A stretch of DNA of 63,994 bases, filler included, from Dimargaris cristalligena (Eukaryota): assembly GCA_003614675.1 (NCBI GenBank). It is 6 parts of 6 records of this genome, joined end to end, with 100 filler letters (N's around TTAATTAATTAA, not from the genome) between each part and the next. Parts side by side here need not be neighbours in the genome. Positions count along the whole stretch, not along the records: positions 54,704 to 63,994 come from ML003270.1; 5 more parts are not named here. The stretch is one strand, 5' to 3'. The notes under the pieces are model-generated. The model was not told the origin of the DNA. It saw nothing but the letters and a program-made list of their open reading frames with translations, and did not search any database. Positions 63,715 to 63,994 of the stretch are shown here, piece after piece. The number at the start of each line of letters is the position of its first letter. The stretch's first letter is position 1. Position numbers and translations under genes: made by a program.

Positions 63715-63994
63715 TCCGCTGCTACTCCAGTAGCCCAATCCACCCATCGTTCTTCCCGTTGCGGTTGACAGCCGGGGGTGCATCGGACGGCCATTTGATT
63801 AGCCTTCAAAGTGAATGGAAATCGCTGAGCTTCCATCGTCCATCATTATCTTCTTCTATTACCTTCCTCCAGTCTTCCATCACTTTAACTAGCCGCTAGT
63901 AGTGGGAAGCCTTCTATTTCACCCCCACCCAGTTCGGGGGCATTCCCGACTGGCATTGTATTTTTTATTCCCCTTAGTTTCTTTAGCCCCGCCT

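Noticed and set aside
63042-63733. Repetitive His/Gln/Leu-rich antisense ORF and Pro/Ala-rich alternative-frame ORF
   Set aside because: Shadows of the metallothionein repeats

Overview
Eukaryotic (fungal) genomic DNA with GT-AG introns of about 160-300 nt. It is most consistent with an early-diverging, Zoopagomycota-like fungus (inference from gene content and style). The window is not one locus: six contigs of about 10.8 kb are joined by artificial 100-nt N44-TTAATTAATTAA-N44 linkers (10850, 21798, 32739, 43678, 54604), so genes on different contigs are not linked. Contig 1: expansin/RlpA-like 3' end, SDH1, DPM1, mitoribosomal DAP3/RSM23. Contig 2: USP36/42-like deubiquitinase, a small secreted cationic amphipathic peptide precursor, and eIF5B interrupted in its GTP-binding P-loop by a 356-aa VMA1-like intein with a decayed LAGLIDADG endonuclease. 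Contig 3: a 7TM-RGS receptor and a 14-TMS MFS efflux pump. Contig 4: a repeat graveyard bounded by a perfect 2.75-kb inverted duplication of a dead DIRS-type (RT/RNase H/methylase/tyrosine recombinase) retroelement, enclosing a catalase pseudogene. Contig 5: atypical homeodomain protein, VMA10, GAA1, MDM10. Contig 6: a compact foreign-looking island (two minimal kinase + Cys-rich modules and a dUTPase relic), repeats homologous to the DIRS 3' end, and a 179-aa, 44-Cys metallothionein built from three 55-aa repeats. Strongest leads: the eIF5B intein, the long modular metallothionein, the candidate peptide toxin and the kinase/dUTPase island.
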